DNA of 64,000 nucleotides from the NCBI GenBank assembly GCA_964057225.1, contig OZ059899.1:11470001-11534000 (forward strand), read 5' to 3'. A model generated the notes under the pieces. It was given only the letters and a program-made list of their open reading frames with translations, searched no databases and was not told the origin of the DNA. The DNA is from Auanema rhodensis. Lineage: Eukaryota > Animalia > Nematoda. Shown here piece by piece: positions 23,901 through 37,220 of this stretch (position 1 is its first letter; each line of letters begins with the position of its first letter). Made by a program: the position numbers and the translations under genes.

Positions 23901-25559
23901 AAATAATTTCTATAAACTATCTTTACGAATCATTTTTTAAGGATTGTAAGTCGAAACAGTAAAAAATGAGGAAATTTTGAACTCAAAAGACATTTATGAA
24001 GATTATAAAGAAATCACACGGTTGCACTCACATAAATTTGAAAATTGAAGTAAAATCTACATACTCGCTGTTCAAAATGTTTAACTTTGCTAGATAGAAG
24101 CATCTTCTGTATCATAACATAACACTGAAACTCACGTATATGGTATCGTATACATTGCCGAGGAAGAGCAATGGATTTTCAAGTCTATATGGTTCAACCA
24201 CAGAAGAAGCAAGTAAGTCTCCATTAGAATGACCGTATGGATATACACGTGCACTAAAGATATACGGAACTGTTGCATTAAGATCAAGAAGCTGTGGAGG
24301 TCCACTATCATCGAAATCAGGAGTAGCTCGTCGATAACGGCGATGTTCTAAAAATAATAAAAATTGTTCTATGAATGATTTCCGTTCAATCAGCAAGATA
24401 TGTCACCCCCCCCCTTTTCCTAAATTTTGTAATTTCCTTCTTGTATATATATATATATATGATTGAAATTAAGAGATGATGATCATTAATTTCAACTTCT
24501 TCTTATTAGTATTAAATGAAAGATAGAAGATAAAGAAGAGGTTCTTTCTCTTTTAATCTGTCATTCTTTTCCCGAGATGAGAAAAGAAAGAGAAAGAGGG
24601 TAAGAGAGAAGTAAAGAGGAGTAGAAAGGGGGATAGGTTCAAATATGAAAAGAAGAGATGCTATGAGTTGTGGAGAACAGATAGATTATCAATAGAAAGC
24701 GAAAACATTGAAATGTGATCTTCTTATTCTGATTATCACCATTTCGTCATCATATGATCTATCATTACTAAAATGAAATTTATTTCTTGTATTAGGTGTG
24801 AGATGATTCATCCGAATCTGAGTTATTACGTCGATCAAGCTGATGAATACGAAAACGAGAAGTATAAACGATTGCTTGAATATCTTCCGAGTATTTGAAT
24901 GATGTTCATGTATTTTTTGTCTTTCGTTCTCATTTATCCTTTATGAGTCATTATCATTGCCCAGATTACTTGATGAACGTGTTTTTTTCTGGGGTGGAAT
25001 CAGATGCTGATAACTAATAACGAATTAGATAAACTTATACGAACAAGTTTAAATGAGATGCTTACTTTCGTTTGAGCTATCTAATCAAAATCCAAAAACA
25101 TGCTGTAACGTCTTGACAAGTATGAAAAGAAATCCAGTAATTGATGTTAAATGATAATGAGAAAAAGCTCATTTTATCCATTCTTTTTCGAAATCTTCGT
25201 CTAACAAACAGAGAGAAAAGTCTGTTTACATGAATAGCATATCAAATGAAACTCATACATTAAAATGAAAAAATTCCATGAATTCGAATTCAGTTTAAGA
25301 TAACTTGGCCATCAGAATGAACTTAGGATGTGGGGTGACAAAAACGGCGAAAAGTTGGATAAAACTTCTGGAGCGGGCGAGTAGAAAACATGACATATTC
25401 GGTAAGATGAATGGTCAACTAACCTCGATATGGATGTGTTAATACTTGATGTACAGATGATGATCTTCCTAATGAGGATAGGTCTTCAGAAGAAGCAGAA
25501 CAGTGAATGTAAGTAGGACTCCAAGCGAATAGTAGTATTAGGAATATGTAGTTATGCAT
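17987..25559 (-). CDS. Type I membrane protein with two NIDO domains and multiple EGF/Ca-EGF repeats (dex-1-like architecture)
   Basis: Signal peptide MHNYIFLILLFAWS, furin-like RRYRR, YPYG...D NIDO starts, NIFQLALI...AGF...SDIGIPGEWLFQVD, several DIDEC/DINEC...C.N..GSY.C.C EGF repeats, second NIDO, S/T-rich stalk, TM (VLFLAMPGALCLIWFALVIIVIVMC), short tail ending IAFDY*. Confidence 0.85.
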
Positions 25560-26344
25560 TGTAAAAAAAAAGAGTTGAATATCCCAATGTGCCTTCTGCT
25601 AATGTGTTGTTGTTGGCGTCTTGATGGTTTTAATCTTCTTCAGAATAATTACGAGAAACTGTCCACTTGTCCACTGATCCTATGCTGGTTCCTCAGATTC
25701 TTCTAAATTGAACGAATTAAGGCAGAGATTGAGAGAGAATGGGAGAGAAATAGAAGATGAGAATATGAAGAGGGATAGGAGAGGTTAACTGAGAGATTGT
25801 CACGCCCACAGCTTGGCTTTGAGAACACAAACCGTAAAAGGAAAGAAGATATAGTATTTAGAGAATGAAAATGATGGAGAAAGATATATAGAGATATAGC
25901 ATATCAAAGAGACAATGAGAGATATAGAGAAAACAATGAATAATATCTTCAAAAGGGAAACATATTAAGCTGAATAGTTGAAAATAAGCTGAAATTCATC
26001 GGTTTTGTGTTAGAATAGTTGTGACCAAGATGTACGGAGAGAAGATTATTGCAAATAATACAAACAAATCGCATAATGTAACAGTTACTACTACAGAGAT
26101 CGGGAAATATGAGGACACGAAAAAGGATTTTCACAGGAAACACCACTTAAACATGATGTTGGTACAATATGAATGCTGTAGAAGTTTAATGGATGACTAG
26201 CAGAAATTGTAAGATAAAGGATAATCTTCTGTATGATCCAAACTATTATTTATTATATGAATATGGTATTGATATCAGTGGAACACTATACTGACAGAAT
26301 TATCAACAGAAGAGAACGGAACGACGAATACGTGGTCGGCGTTA

Positions 26345-26422
26345 GACGGACGGACGAACGGACGGACGAACGAACGAATGGATGGACGGATGGATGGATG
26401 AATGAATGGATAGATGAACGGA
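26345..26422. repeat. Compound tetranucleotide microsatellite (ACGG/ACGA/ATGG/ATGA)n
   Basis: gacggacggacgaacggacggacgaacgaacgaatggatggacggatggatggatgaatgaatggatag. Confidence 0.85.
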
Positions 26423-29400
26423 CAACTGTGATGAGACAGTTGAAATAGACACCAAATCGGAACGTGAAGAATAGTGGAAAAGGGTGAAAAGAATGGAAAT
26501 AGTAGCAGGTAAGATGCATGGTATCTGCAACAGCCAAATCAGTCAGTCTGTCAGCAGTCAGCTAGCAATCCAGCAGCCATCATTGAGCGCACTCCTCTAT
26601 TCATCTTGTTAAACGACAACCACTATCACCATATATGGAACTTATCCTATAGATTTGCGCCCTTTCTATCTCATTCTCTGTATCTCATATTCTCTTTATC
26701 TTCTATACTCTACCTTTTCATTTCTTTCTACATTTCGCTCTTACATTCGCATACAATCGACATCATCAGGTGGTGAATGAGGATGTAGAAAGGATTGCTG
26801 TATGTCTGAATTCAAGAATGTTGATATATAGACGAGGTGAATGAAGACGAACAGCCAACAGCGACATGAAGATCTGCATCATCGAGTGATATCTCCAAGT
26901 ATTACGGTTAAACATCGAACAGTGAAATGACAGAAACCGAAGACAACTGATCGGGACAAGGGAATGCTTGGCAGCAGTAGTGGGATTTATCGTATGTGTA
27001 TATGAAGAGAAAGAAAGAGGAGTAGCGGGCGGCTAAAGAGGTGAATAAAAGAAAAGATAGGATGATAATTGGTTGAGGAATGAAGATGAATCGAGAATTA
27101 CCGATTTTCATAATTTCTTCAAACAAAGCAATTTAAATATGAAACTTTTTCCTTGTCCTCGTATTAATTAACCCCTTCTCTCTAGAACATCTTTCTTCCT
27201 CTCTCTCTGTTTTCTTGTTCTCTTTTCAATTCTTTTCCTGGCAATCACATTGCTAATAAGCGCAGAGTATGCTTAACTGATCATCGAACAAGATATGTAT
27301 GTGGAACCGCGGTAGAACAAAGTGAGGATAAGGTTCATTATCATAATCATTAACATCAGCTAGAAATCCAGTCTTGTTTGTTGTATTTCATAAGAAATTT
27401 TAATTTCTGATGTATCAAATTATCCTAAAAAGGCTGTCAAAGATCCTATCAAAAAACATTTTAATGAAAAAAAAATGAAATGAAGTTTATATTGATCATA
27501 TAGGGCTTTTTCGATGCAAATCAAGTAATTAAACACAAAATACATACATGTACTTCCTTAAGTTATTTAGCATTTGGCCTCTCTGAATTGCCACTTCCAC
27601 TCTTTTTTTCACATTCAGTCAGCTTTTCAGGATTATAGTCCATAGCTATGTTTCTACTTGAAAGTTGGTTTTTCACTAAAACTCTATTCTACATTTCTTG
27701 CTCATTATTTTTGATTTCAGGTGGAAATTCAATCTAAGAGTAAAGATGTTCAGAAAATTCATGAAAGGTTTAAACTGTCAAGCGAAACCATGCATTATGT
27801 ATCAGAAAAGCAGATGATACATCGTATAATATATGTCAATCACTTCTAACTTTATTTGAATTAGAAAATTTCAAACTCATTTGAAACATTCACAAACTTA
27901 AAATCTTGTAGATCATTCAAAGAAGAGCATAAAAACTACACCAATGTTTATATATCTTTTAGTTAACTATAATTATAGTTTATATAGTTTATACACTATT
28001 TTACTTGTACAAAGCATACAATTACCAGTCCAGTAACGACCAAAAGAATTTTCACGAACTTCTTCGTTTATTTTTTTCTTCGATGTCATCCTGAGAAATG
28101 ACACACCATCTAATTCAACACATCCTCCTCCTCCTCCTCCTCCTCCTCCTCCTTCTCTTTAGCATCTTGTAGCTCAATGTGTCTTTCGTGTTGTCTTTAA
28201 CTGGCCAATATATAACCACTTTATCGTATTCCAGCTTGCAAAATTATTTCTTTCCACCTAATGAAAAATTATATTTTTTTTAGAGAAAATCAGTCGAGCT
28301 TCATCAAAAATCACAAAACAAGCCTACATGCCTACATATTTAGTCAGGCCATCTGAAAATAAGAGAAGAAGTGAAAAATAACCACAACTATATACTTGAA
28401 ATTAATTTTTTTGATTTATGATGTAGAGCTGCATATACTATATCTAGAATTGAAATAAGAATAGACAGATATATTTCGTGTTTTGCATTTTTTGCTCCTT
28501 GATATCTATAAAATTATATAATTTAGAACAAATTTCTGATGTTTTCAATAAAGAAAGTGAAAGCATTAGAGCAGAAAATAATCTTTTTCATCATTTCAAG
28601 AATTTTCTCAACTTTCGTATTCAATCGCTTCGTTCAGCTTGATTCATAATTGTATATAAAAAAATTAATTTATCCCTTTATATCTTCAACTTTCGTATTG
28701 CTTCACTTAGGTCTCCAATCATTTTATCCTTCAACCTTCTCAGACTACATTGCTCTTTCTTCTTTAAAAGAAAAAAACTTTTTTTTCTAAATTCTATTTT
28801 CAAGGTTTGATATAAATGTTTTTCCTCATCTATCAACAATATATTTGATTTTAAATATTAAACTAATAATATCTTCAATATACTGCTATTCCATTGAAAA
28901 TGCCTTTAAACATCTGTTATATAGCAATATGTTTCCTCTTCGTTTTCGAACTGTTTGCAGATTGCTTCATAAAAAATTCGAAAATTCATTTAGAATTTTA
29001 CCCACAAAAATCATATTTTTCCTCACTTCTTTTTCAAATTATTATCTTATTGAAATGCTTTCTTAAATGTTTTAACTGTGTAAATGTAAATGATAAGGAT
29101 TTTGAACAAAACATCTATAGCAGTTGCTCATTTCAATTTTCAAAATCTTTCTTTTTTCATCATTCGCCTAATTAGGCATTTTTGGGGAAAAATTCAAAAC
29201 TTTCATGAATAATTTCTTCAAATTTTACAAATATTTTCATGTTGATGTTGTGTTGTTACTACTAAACATTTCTGATAAATATAATAGTTTTATTATTTTT
29301 AATCCTTATCTACATAATATAGCTTATCAGTATGTATGTAGATGATCACTGTGATGTTGGTTGGCTCGTGAATACTCTCCTACACAAAGCTTTCCGAATC

Positions 29401-31304
29401 CATCCATCTATTTTATTTTTAATTTCTTTTTTAAATAGGATCAAGTAAAATTAAATTTTTTTGCTAATATATTTGAAAATAAAAAAATTAGTTAACCTGA
29501 TCACAAGGTGATTGACGCTTACTTGTCTTCGTAACGTCCTGCTATTTTTATTTGTTTTTAAATACTTTAGTCATCGAAAGTATATGTATAATACTAGCAA
29601 TGAAGATACAAGGCTAACTCTTTCATTAGATCCAGCAAGTAAGTTTGCAAGACTTTCTAGGATAGTACTTCAAGCTGAAAAAAGCCAATCAACCTGTCAA
29701 CTAACTCGTCGTCGTTGTTGATGTTGTCGAAATGAATCTGTCACGTCTAGTGCCGTATGATGTGGCAAACACGTCGTCATGTCGATGCTGAAAGAGCAGT
29801 CCACTTCGTATGCTTCGTGCTCATCATGCTGTTGTTTTCATGCAGTTACTACTTTTGACGGCAGCATTGTGCTCTCTCTTTCTCCTTCTCCCACAGAAAT
29901 CGGAGTCATATTTTGAATCCGTGAGTTCAACATGACTTATAAGCTCATTATCATCTTTCAAAGTTACTTAGATAGTGTATCCATTAATGCCATTGTGATA
30001 CTATCATATTTCAACTTTATAGGGTTAATTCTCTTTTCCAGTAATCCTTTAAGTGTCATCTTGTTTAATTTTGTTGTTCTCCTCCTTCGTGGTCATTTTA
30101 ACTGACTTCAAGTTATTTTCACAGATTTCAACACATATATGCCTACAGACCCAGATGTTCTGAAAAATAATGGTCAGTCTGTTTTCAGCATCTATATTAC
30201 AGCGTAAAACGGTTAATGTCGATCATCAGCTTCACCCAGGAATTGAAGTTGCTGTGAAACTGATGTCACTTCTAAATTGCCAACCGATTTGTTGATGAAA
30301 TTTTTTCCTTCTGTTCTTTCTCCGTACATTACTTCAATCGGGCTTCATCTCGTGCTGTTCATAGTTTAATCGGTCATTTCTAAATTAGGAAAAAAGTAAT
30401 TTTCAATTACTTAACCGAGCTCTTTGCCCAATTCACTGTTTTCTATTAAATTTCTAAATAGCTATCTCACGTGTTAATGAAGCTAATATGATCCGATAAC
30501 CACCAGATCATTGTATTCGTGCAATCTATTGGAGTGCTGTTTGATCTAATTGTGCATTACGACTCATATAAAACGATCTCGAGACTGCAATACCATGTTA
30601 TTCTGTTGAATCGCTGTCTCTTTCTCTTTTGCTCTCTCTTTCTGCTGTTGTACCTGCTTTAGATATTCCATTCAGTACTCTTAGATTTGCGGTAACGTTC
30701 TATATTCTTCATATGCACATACATGTGCGTCTGTTCGTTTATAGAAGAAGTTCTTCATACCTGGACAGATGCTGTCAACAATATATGAGAAAGCCTACCA
30801 CTGCTCTTAGTATAGAAGTCCATAATCTGTCTTCATGTATATGTATACATGTTTATGTATGTCTGTGTATTTCTATTTTATCACTAGCCATTATTGCTTA
30901 ATTGCTATCCTAAAAATTTCCTGGCAAAGCTTGGCAATAGCTGTCAGACAGTAGAATAAAAGTTTTTTTCCTGCTTAGATATAGATGAATCAAGCTTTAT
31001 AACTCAGAATTTAAACAGCTTATATGCGACTTCATTTCTAGAGCTGCTATAGTAAAATCTAATATTATCAGTCTTAACTTTTTCTTTGATCTAAATATTT
31101 CAATTACATATCCTTTTATCTTAACTATCTACATTCTATTTTCTGAGAAAATCCCAAAGATTCTGACATTCTCAGCAATAGCTGAAATACCATAACTGTT
31201 TCATATAACCTCTTGTCGTAACTGCAATTCCTGTCGTGTTTTAATGCTTTCTCTCCATAGTAACAAGATTCTTTCTTTCCTTTTCGTACTCTCTTCTCGT
31301 TCTC

Positions 31305-31341
<37 letters not shown>

Positions 31342-32677
31342 TTTGTAAAATCTTTCCAACAATCTCTTTCAAATTTCTCTTTAAAGCTTCTCTACTCTTG
31401 TATCTATCTCGAAAAACAATTGTGAAAGTCATCTTAGGATTTTGTTTAAATAGCTAAAAACCAAAAAAAGTAAAATTTGAAAAAGAAATATCTGGGATGT
31501 AACGAACCGCTCATTCTGAGCTAGCAGCCTGAACATTGTTGCTTTAAATTCGACTCTTTATTACGTTTTTGGCATATTTTTCGAAATCATCATCCTTCTT
31601 GTCATCAACATAAATCAGATTTCAATTATCGCTGTTGAAAATATGATTTATTCGTTTGTTGAGCTCATTCTATTCTTGAGCTGTAGGGAAACACGCAAAA
31701 ATGCTCTAGGACCCTGTAGTCATTTGACTCTGTGAACTGATCTTTCCTATATGTTCCCAGCATTAACTAAGTAAGTGGATATTCCAGGTTGTGTACGTCA
31801 ACAGGCGACCACATCCTTTCACTCTCTTCTGAACGGACATCCGCATGACCGCTATGCTTTTGCCTTCATGACCTGTCATGGCTATCTGCCAATTACGAGC
31901 AAACTTACTTTGAGCAATAACAAGAGGTACAATGGCCAATATCAGTTACCACAGTACTTTTGGAACAATTATTTGATGTTATACTGGGTGTCATCAATGG
32001 CTCTCACATCAATCCCGGCTTGTTGAAAATAAGTTTGCATCATAGACAGAACATGCATACGTCACTAGTATTATATGACGGCTTATTCATATCAAAAGAA
32101 TCTTTTCAATGCTTCTTTTTGATTTCATCTTCTCCAAACTTATTTCTATTTTTTCTTTTTCCGTACGTAAGGCAAAATATTGAAAATGAGGGAAAGAGAA
32201 ATGATATGACTAGTGATGACGGAAAAAATATGAAGCAAATGTCTTTTTTCAGCCGATTTTCTGAAGCCTCTAGATAGCACAACCAATTAGACTCTCCTTT
32301 TTCTTTTTTATCTTCATTCATAAGCCTTGCGACTAATAAACATTTTTCATTTTTTTCCATGGCACTCATTTGACTTTCCTTTTCGAGAACTTTCTATCAG
32401 ACAATCTAAAGCCGGAATAGGACGCAACGAAAATTCTATGACTTCATTCCATCTGGTTTCATACTACTAACAAATTCTCATCATAACACATAGGACAGTG
32501 AAACGGAATTCAAATAATTGAAAGAAGTTTATAGATGTTGTCGGAGTCCTCTCATTGCGCTCTTCTATTTCATATCTTTACTTCTATGAAATCTCCAATA
32601 CTGCATTTCATAGCTTGCATTTCAAAATACTCAACTTCAATCGCTATGCTATCACTTTATTATCGCGAGATATGTAT

Positions 32678-32800
32678 CTCCTCCTACTGATGTTCCTGCT
32701 TCTCCTTCTGTTTCTCCTCCTCCTTCTGTTCCTCCTCCTCCACATCCTTCACCGCCACCACCTCCTACTCCTCCTCCTCCTCCTCCTCGTCCTCCTCCTA
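32678..32800. repeat. Degenerate (CCT)n low-complexity tract
   Basis: Interrupted CCT/CTC triplets. Source of the spurious poly-Leu ORF 32555..32842. Confidence 0.85.
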
Positions 32801-34560
32801 CATCCCACTGTATCCACCCACTCTTATATACACTGTAGCTAGTTAACAGTGTTATCTAGAATTATTGTTAACCAAAAAATACATATACAGCTATTCATGC
32901 TATATTACATTATTTTGTATTTTCCTTTTTTCTTCTCATAAAATAATTTTCGCTAGCATGCTCCTTCTGAATAGGATGTTGGCGATGCTCAAAACAATAT
33001 GCGTCGTCTAAATCAACGCTGCCGACAAGTCAATTCGACTACCAGAACGATGCTGTATGCCACAGATGGTAGCTGAATCCCTCAGTATACAACACGACAA
33101 TCATACGCCAGCTTTTGGCTCAAACTTGTCTCATATTTTTGCTTTGCTTCAATCTGTGCTATCCTTTTTCCTTATTTTCTCCAGTCCCAACAACCTTATA
33201 TCGTTCTAGACGTAACCGATTTCCTTATTCAATGAAAGAACTCAGAGAGTAAGAATGAATAGAAGAAATAAAAAAAGGAGATAGCGAATGAGAGAGAGAG
33301 AGCTAAAAAATAATTTTTTTTTTGCCGTACTTAGCATGCTTTTTGATTTAAGTTGATGATGTAGAGAAGCAAAAAAAAACCACTGTATGGCAGAAAATAT
33401 CGAAACAATGTTCGATGATCATAATTTCTTCAGCATTTTCCCATTTTTTCCAGTTAAGCTTTGCTAGCACTTCAATCATCATTCATCGTTATTCGCATCG
33501 CATTGATGATGTAGTGGATGATGATGAAAACGAGGATGAGAACGATGATGGCACCGTTAATGATGATGATGAAGAAGAAGAACAATGTCGCAGATGTTCA
33601 AAACGATACGTGCGACGAGAAGCAGCCGTTCCTTCCATAGCAAAGTACGATAACAAGAATTTCGAGGAATGCTGTATGCATGTCAACTTTATATGATTTT
33701 CTTCATGTTCTAACAATTCTTTTCAAGGCTCTAACCATGTATCTTCATTAATTAAAAAAAATATTCAGGTCAGATGATGAAAATCCTGATTTATGACAAA
33801 CATAGTCCGGATATACAACACGTTTTTCTGTTTTTTCCTCAAAAATCTCAGACTTGCCCCCGCCAGTCTTATACTTTTCCTCATCCATAAAGCCGACAGC
33901 TTTCAAATCTTATCTTCAACGTACTCATGTTTGCTGGTTTGCTGGTTCACTTTCAACTGATCAAAAAAAATATTTTAAAACCTATCTAATGCTTACAAGA
34001 TGTAGAGTTTTTTTACTTTGGCAGTTAATCAATTTAAAAAAATTTCATATTTTTTGCCACTAAATCAATTAAAATGTATTCAAAATCTGATTTTTGCTCT
34101 GGATTTTCTCCCATGCTGTCTATTTCGGAAAACCTACTTATATGCTTTAGGAAAAACCTCAATAAAGAACTGAAAAGATGCAAAATATGCAATAGATTCC
34201 AAGCATAATTCAAAATCTTTTGAAGCTATGGTCATTGGATTGTGGATGCCATTAAACAGATCGTGAGACGAGAGCAAAGAGCTTGTCCCTCCATTACCAC
34301 TACTGATGAGGCTATGGGATGCATTCTCAATTGGCTTCATATCATAACATGCAAACACAAAATGCTCTTCACATTTTTTGATGATAACAATAAAACTCAT
34401 CATCTGATTCGTTTGTGTTCTCAGAATTGTAACCCATTTTATCGTTTTGATACTTTTTTCATATATTTCTTTGAATAGTGATGCTTTGTTCTTTTCAAGT
34501 CTTATGTCATATTCTTATACATGAGTTTTATCAATTTGAGAACTTTTCATCATTCAGAAA

Positions 34561-34895
34561 ATGGCTTTCCGATTCTTACTGTCTGCTCTTCTGCTTGTAC
34601 TCGCTGTTTTCTGCTCCAGTATAACAGCACGAGGACTACCATATGGTCAGTCAAACATTCATAGTTAGTTCTGTAATATGAACATATCCAATGCTTTTAT
34701 TCATAAAATCAAGTGATATAGGTGTGAGAAGAAAAATGATTTGTTTCAGATGTCGATGCTCTCCCCATGTCTGAATACCGTATGGAACCTTACAGCATGT
34801 TCGGACCCCCACTTGGTGCTATTGGTAATGGACCACACAAACGTGTTCCATCCGCCGGTGACATGATGGTTCGATTCGGAAAACGATCAACTTAA
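34561..34895 (+). CDS. flp-24: FMRFamide-like neuropeptide precursor FLP-24 (exons 34561-34645, 34750-34895)
   Basis: Signal peptide MAFRFLLSALLLVLAVFCSSITA, then ...PHKR-VPSAGDMMVRF-G-KR-ST*. VPSAGDMMVRFamide is the conserved nematode FLP-24 peptide. Missed by the ORF track. Confidence 0.96.
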
Positions 34896-36134
34896 GCTTG
34901 GCTCTTATCTGCTCCATCTCCATTACTTCTGCAACATCCAGAGCGATTTCTCGCATCCATATATCTTAACACCGTTACCAAAAGAAAGTTAAAAGATATT
35001 CGAGTAAATGGAATGGACTCCCCCCACCCCAGTGTTAACAGAGAAAAAACAACAAAATCGTCGAATTTTGATTAGAATTTTCTTTTTTTTTTGGCTTCCT
35101 GTTATATGATTCATTTCATTGTCATTATTGTTGTGCTTGCCTTGAGTTCATATAATATCTATGGCCGCCTTCAGATGACAACAACTGACCCCAAGAAGAT
35201 TCTAGTCAAAATATCTGAACTTCTATAGCTACTAACTTCTCCACAAAATATTTACTATTCTTTCTTCTTCCTTTCCATTTTTTACACACAAAAAATGAGA
35301 AAATATGAATATCTTTTCACTATAACATAATTTTTCAATTATCTTCACATAAAAAAAAAACTTTTTTTTTCAATGTGTGTGTGTGTGTAAGTGTTCTCCG
35401 TTGGTTTTCTCTTGCCGATGATTATGATAATAAACAGTTGGTTAAACAATGTTAAAACTACATAAATTATATAAATTATATGATATAATTAACTAAAAAA
35501 AACAAATAATAATATTATCTTATAATAGATAGCTACATTCAAATAAATTTAAATGATTCATTTTCTCTTTATCATCATGTTAATTTCATTTTTCATGAAT
35601 CCTACTTAATACTAATTTTTCAATTAAAAAATGGAAAATGTAGGAGAAGAGCAACGAAAAATAAATAAAAAATAAATAAATATAAACAAGTAAACAAATG
35701 ATTTTTCTTATTTCAAATTTCCTTAACTATGCCATTATAACTATATAATAAGATATTATTTACATCGGTTTTATTGTTTTCTTATCTATGATATCAATAC
35801 AGTACCTCAGTGAATGAATAGTTATTGAGCAGCATTGAATAGAGCAGAAAATATTTTTTTAAATGAAAATAATTTGAGAAAGCTCCTGTGATTTTGGAAG
35901 AAACCAAAAACAACAGCAAATTGACATAAAAAAATATTCGAATGCAACCGTTATTGCTCATCGTTAATGATGAAATAAAAAAATGAAATAATTCTTTTAT
36001 AATTACGTTGAATATATGATATGATGTCATATATATGTGATATGTAATATACATTGATATATACATATATCATATATTTCTTTATATTAACAAATATTTT
36101 GATTGAATATATACTATATGAACTCGATGAAAAG

Positions 36135-36194
36135 TAGTTTGAAGAGGTTTTCTGGTGTAACATAGGGGTGTGCAACCTTCATCGCACAGGACTG
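36135..36194. mobile_element. Diverged solo end of a Tc1-like element related to the 6104-7222 family
   Basis: GTAGTTTGAAGAGGTTTTCTGG...GGGTGTGCAACCTTCATCGCACAGGACTG-TA aligns with 7158-7224 GTAGTTTGAAGTGGGTTTCTGG...GGGTGTCCCAACTATTTCGCACAGGACTG-TA. Confidence 0.75.
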
Positions 36195-36201
36195 TATGTA
36201 T

Positions 36202-36617
36202 CAGGGTTGTGCATTTTATTTATTTTGCGGATCGGATCAGATCCGCATTTTAACCTACCGTTTTCCGGAAGCTTAATAGTTTACCTGAAACCAGAATGTA
36301 CGCTTTTTAGATGCTTACTCAAGTGACTTGTTCCCCTATTTTTCTGTTTTTGAAAAATCAAATCACATTTTTGGCACGTATATCTTTCTTTTTAGCTTAA
36401 AAAATTTGTTGTACTTTGAAGGCATATTCAAACTCAAAATTAAACTGAAAAAACAGAAAAGTTAAGTAAAATCCCAAAAATTAACAAGAGGAATGATAAA
36501 TTAAAATGATCCGGTCCGGCCCTCAAGATCCGCGGTATCGTTTATGAATCCGGATCTAGCGAAATACTCCAATATTGCGGATTTTCCGGATCTCTCGATC
36601 CTATCCGCACAACCCTG
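36202..36617. mobile_element. hAT-like MITE (416 bp)
   Basis: 11-bp perfect TIR CAGGGTTGTGC...GCACAACCCTG. Flanks GTATGTAT and ATATGTAT (7/8 match, possible 8-bp TSD). Subterminal GGATC/GATCC clusters at both ends. No ORF. Confidence 0.8.
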
Positions 36618-37220
36618 ATATGTATGTATGTGTCTGTAGTTATATTCTCTGTTGAAATGTAAAAAGAACAAAAACTAGAAAAAGTATGTTCATATGATAT
36701 GATTACTAATTTTCAGTTAAAAGTATGTAATAGTTTCTTCAGCTGTCTCACTTCCACTACTCATGTAATATTTCTATTTCATTTTTGCAACTGGGCGTAT
36801 TCAGGTGAGAGCTCTTCATTATATAGGTGAATTGATAAGAAGATTGGAATAGATAATGGTCCTTTTAACATATCAGCTACTGAATCAACAAGCATTTCAA
36901 TCAAAAGTTTACTTTCCGATCAATGCTTAAACGTTTAAGATATTTGTCATTTTTTATATTTTGTAATATTTCAAGAAAAATATCTCATATATTATACAAA
37001 TTTTTTTTAAAATTAAATATGAAATTTAAAATATTCGAACTGTTTGTAAACATCAGATGACATAATTTTTAATTTTTATTCTAAAAACTTTTATCTTTTT
37101 AAAAATTAGATATTTAGAACATAGATTTACTCATCATTGAATTCCCTATACTAATAGTTACTTGTTATTAAAATTTTACAAATGAATAATGTTTATGATT
37201 TAATTAATTTTTTTTTCAGA

